The notes beneath the pieces were generated by a model, which was given only the letters and a program-made list of their open reading frames with translations, was not told the origin of the DNA and did no database searches. A DNA stretch of 64,000 nt. Source: Aplysia californica. Lineage: Eukaryota. A program made the position numbers and the translations under genes. The stretch spans positions 560,426 to 624,425 of the forward strand of contig NW_004797288.1 in assembly GCF_000002075.1 (NCBI RefSeq). Reading direction: 5' to 3'. This document shows, piece by piece, positions 61,089 through 64,000 of this stretch; within the stretch, counting starts at the first letter, position 1; the number at the start of each line of letters is the position of its first letter.

Positions 61089-63164
61089 TGTAATTTATGG
61101 TTTGCACTGAAAGAAGTGTGTACTGTAGCCCAAATTCATAACTGAAGTGAAACCCTTTATTTAATCTTGACTGGGTTTTTGTATGTCATCACTTTGTCCA
61201 TTGCACTAGTGGGGTTTTTGTTGATGTTTTCCAGTTGTATAAAGTCTTTGAAAGGGTAATTGTTTTAAGTGACAGATTGTGCAGGGAGGTAAATTTGTAA
61301 ACTAAAATATTTTAACATTTTGTCTGGTCTAACTAAATTTTTTTTTTTCTTCACATATATATACTTTTTTTATTTTTCTAAAATAAGATAAAATCATTTG
61401 ATTTTAATTTTGTAAACGGAAGTCTTGGTTGTGTTGTTTTTTTAAACACAAAAACGGCTTCCTGTGGGTAATGTAGCTGAATACATTGTACCAAAGATAC
61501 TTGCTCTCAGTGTAATTATCTGTATTGTAAAAAGGCTCTGAGTAAAAAGGGAAGAAAAAAGGTTCTAGTTTTTTGTCAAAGGTATGGACATTAGCTTTGG
61601 ACAACGGTCACATGTGACATTATGGCTTTGCTGTGAAAATGGAGGAGGAAAGCGGGTCAGTTCATCTCCATCACATACTTCAGGGCTGCATATATGTCCT
61701 GTTGGTTTGTGATTAATGGCCAACAAGATATTGACTGCACAGTGGAAGACTCCGCACTTGCCATTTTGAAAAATGACATCTGATGAAGTCTTACACTGAG
61801 CAGTGGATTGATTTTAATAAGTTATTTGGACAGTCTAGTGTTCAGGACAGGTGGGAACATAATAGAAGAATTTGACAATGGCATACTCAAGTGTCAAATT
61901 ACAGAGTTCAGATTTCTGTCCTTTTTCTTTCACATGATGCCTCAGTTGTACCGTAAATGAGACTCTTGTGGGACTTGACATGTAACATTTTGTTTGTTAA
62001 GGAATATAACTGAATAAGAATGAAAAAAACAGTTCTTGTTGCTGTTGATGTGATAACATGTTTGGCTTTAAACTTATTTGTTTTGTTTTTTTAATGTTTT
62101 GCTGCCTAGAAAGGTCAAAGACTTGTAAAAAAAAGTCACTTTCTAAAATAGAGTAAATTCTGAATCTGCAAATTGTTCTCATATCACCGTATGCATATGA
62201 GAACGTGTATAAGACTTTCTTGGGAAAAAAACCACCTCTTTTTCCTGTTTTTTTCCCAGCACCAAATGACCTTATTTTGTCGATGTTCTTCTCTTTCCTC
62301 AAACAAAGGTTTTTCCCAGGCTGCCATACAAATGTTTTTGTTTATTGTGCCTTCAACTGCCAGGTGTAATTGTTGTATTGTACAAAGTTTCCTTGCTTTG
62401 TCTCAAGCTTTGTGATAATGAAAATGGAGGGTATTTGAACAGTGGCAGTCGTGTCATGGGTATTTTGTAAGAACTTAACTCAACTTGAGTCATGCTGTGT
62501 ACCCGTATACATGTGTCAGTCTAGACTAGCTTTGGTGACATGCCATTGCAGAAATGCTGTATATGTTACTCTTCAGTTAGAGACTCTGGGGTCAAAACAG
62601 TGTGACATGTGCTGTTTGATGGCAGATTTTAGGTGCAATTTCTTTGAGTTATTTTCCTATTTACTTACTTTACCTTTTACTTTTTCCAGTCGCTGTGACC
62701 TTAAGACTTAGAAGAGAGAAGCAAAAGTCTTTCACTTGCTTTTTTTGTACCACCTGTTGCATGTTTATATTGTTTTTATCTAATGATTCTCTTCCCCCCT
62801 CTGTCCATCTTTTCCAGGGCCTGACTCTTCCCATGTCATACATGTATTTAACACAGGTAATTTCAAGGGCAGGTTCAGTGGTTCAGAAAAGGAGTGGACA
62901 GATGAAATGACTAGCGTAGAAAAGAGATACACCTTCTGCGTCAGAAAGATTGTGGGGTATAAGTCAAACCTTACCAGTGAGGTATTTGCACCCATGGTGA
63001 GCTGATAGCAGACTATCTACAATCTCTAACCTCCTCACGCAAGTAATGTATGTGAATTGTGAAATGACAACTCAGAAAATCTCAACACCCTAGGAAGACT
63101 GGCTACATATTAATACCAGGAAGTTAAAGGATTACAGTAAAAATAACAGAACACACTAGCACTT

Positions 63165-63397
63165 GAGGTGTAGTGGTTAAGTTCTTCGCTGCTGGACTTA
63201 GAACACACGATTTTGATTCCTGTATAAGGAAGGGTTTGTTTGGGGGTTTTTTGTCTAGTTTCTCAGTCTGTATGAGTGGATGTTGTTTCCCCTCTCAGCC
63301 TGGGTTGGCCCTACCCTAACAGGCTGGGTCATAGAAGCCCGTCTCCTAAATTAAATAATCTAAATTGTGTCAATATGGGCGTAAAACCTTAACAACA
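63165..63397 (+). mobile_element. Highly degraded SINE-like remnant
   Basis: GGTGTAGTGGTTAAG A-box-like start and GGCGTAAAACC..AACAAC-like tail. Confidence 0.35.
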
Positions 63398-64000
63398 AAA
63401 AATTGTTTGAATAAACATGGGTATATACTTACTGTCTCACATCATCTAGGAAAAGGGGAAAATGAATCATAACTTAGTTTACTTTGTCATGTTTCTTGCT
63501 CCACAATTTTCACCCTTCATTTTGTTGTTTCAGTAACAAAGTAATATAGTTAGACAGGTTGTGGATGGTAGACCTAACATTTGCATCTCAAGAGGGCCTT
63601 CAGTTTTTATGATTTGAGATATGTCTTCTTGTTTCTTACCATTCCTTTGTTTTTCTATTTAACCTCAATCTGTTCAATTTTTTAATGTATTTTGAATGCA
63701 TGTGATTATTGAAATGACCATTTTTACACAAACTATTTAGATGTACAAGTTATGTTGTTGTTTGTAGAAATGCAAAGATTTTAGCACAATATTTTGATGA
63801 ATGTCTCATGACAAGAATGCACGTTTGAATACATGATATCGTTGGTGCTCTGTTGGAACCTCGTTGACTCAAATTTTAAATTTTTACCGGAGAGAGAGAC
63901 AAAAATCTGTCTAAGCCTATGTCTCCTTTTGCGGGACGCAATGTCACGTAGCACTTAGCAGTCGCTAGCGATGAGTTGTGAGATGTGTATCCTTATGCGT

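Overview
This is eukaryotic (animal) genomic DNA: AT-rich, intron-rich, with three assembly gaps. A lophotrochozoan/mollusc origin is only a guess from the SINE types and TAGATC repeats. Three spliced genes can be rebuilt exon by exon with consistent GT-AG phases. They are MCAT (mitochondrial malonyl-CoA:ACP transacylase, + strand, 5 coding exons, 3229-12015, 539 aa), a ZNRF1/2-type myristoylated zinc-finger/RING-H2 E3 ligase (- strand, 4 exons, 39225-32341, 192 aa) and an SLC38A7-like amino-acid transporter (+ strand, 10 coding exons, 43800-60458, 478 aa). ZNRF and SLC38A7 are head-to-head and appear to share a ~300-bp bidirectional promoter with CLEAR/M-box, CRE-like and YY1 motifs. That promoter is bracketed by three copies of a repeat whose 37-bp tandem unit contains a perfect three-pentamer heat-shock element; this is the most interesting signal in the window. 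The rest is a dense mix of LINE remnants (RTE, Rex/Babar, L2, two RNase H-bearing I-group-like elements), SINEs whose 3' tails match LINEs in the same window, and many MITEs (pogo/Tigger, piggyBac, P-like, unclassified 6-bp-TSD). There are also several local templated copies of nearby sequence. All regulatory and functional interpretations are inferences from motifs.
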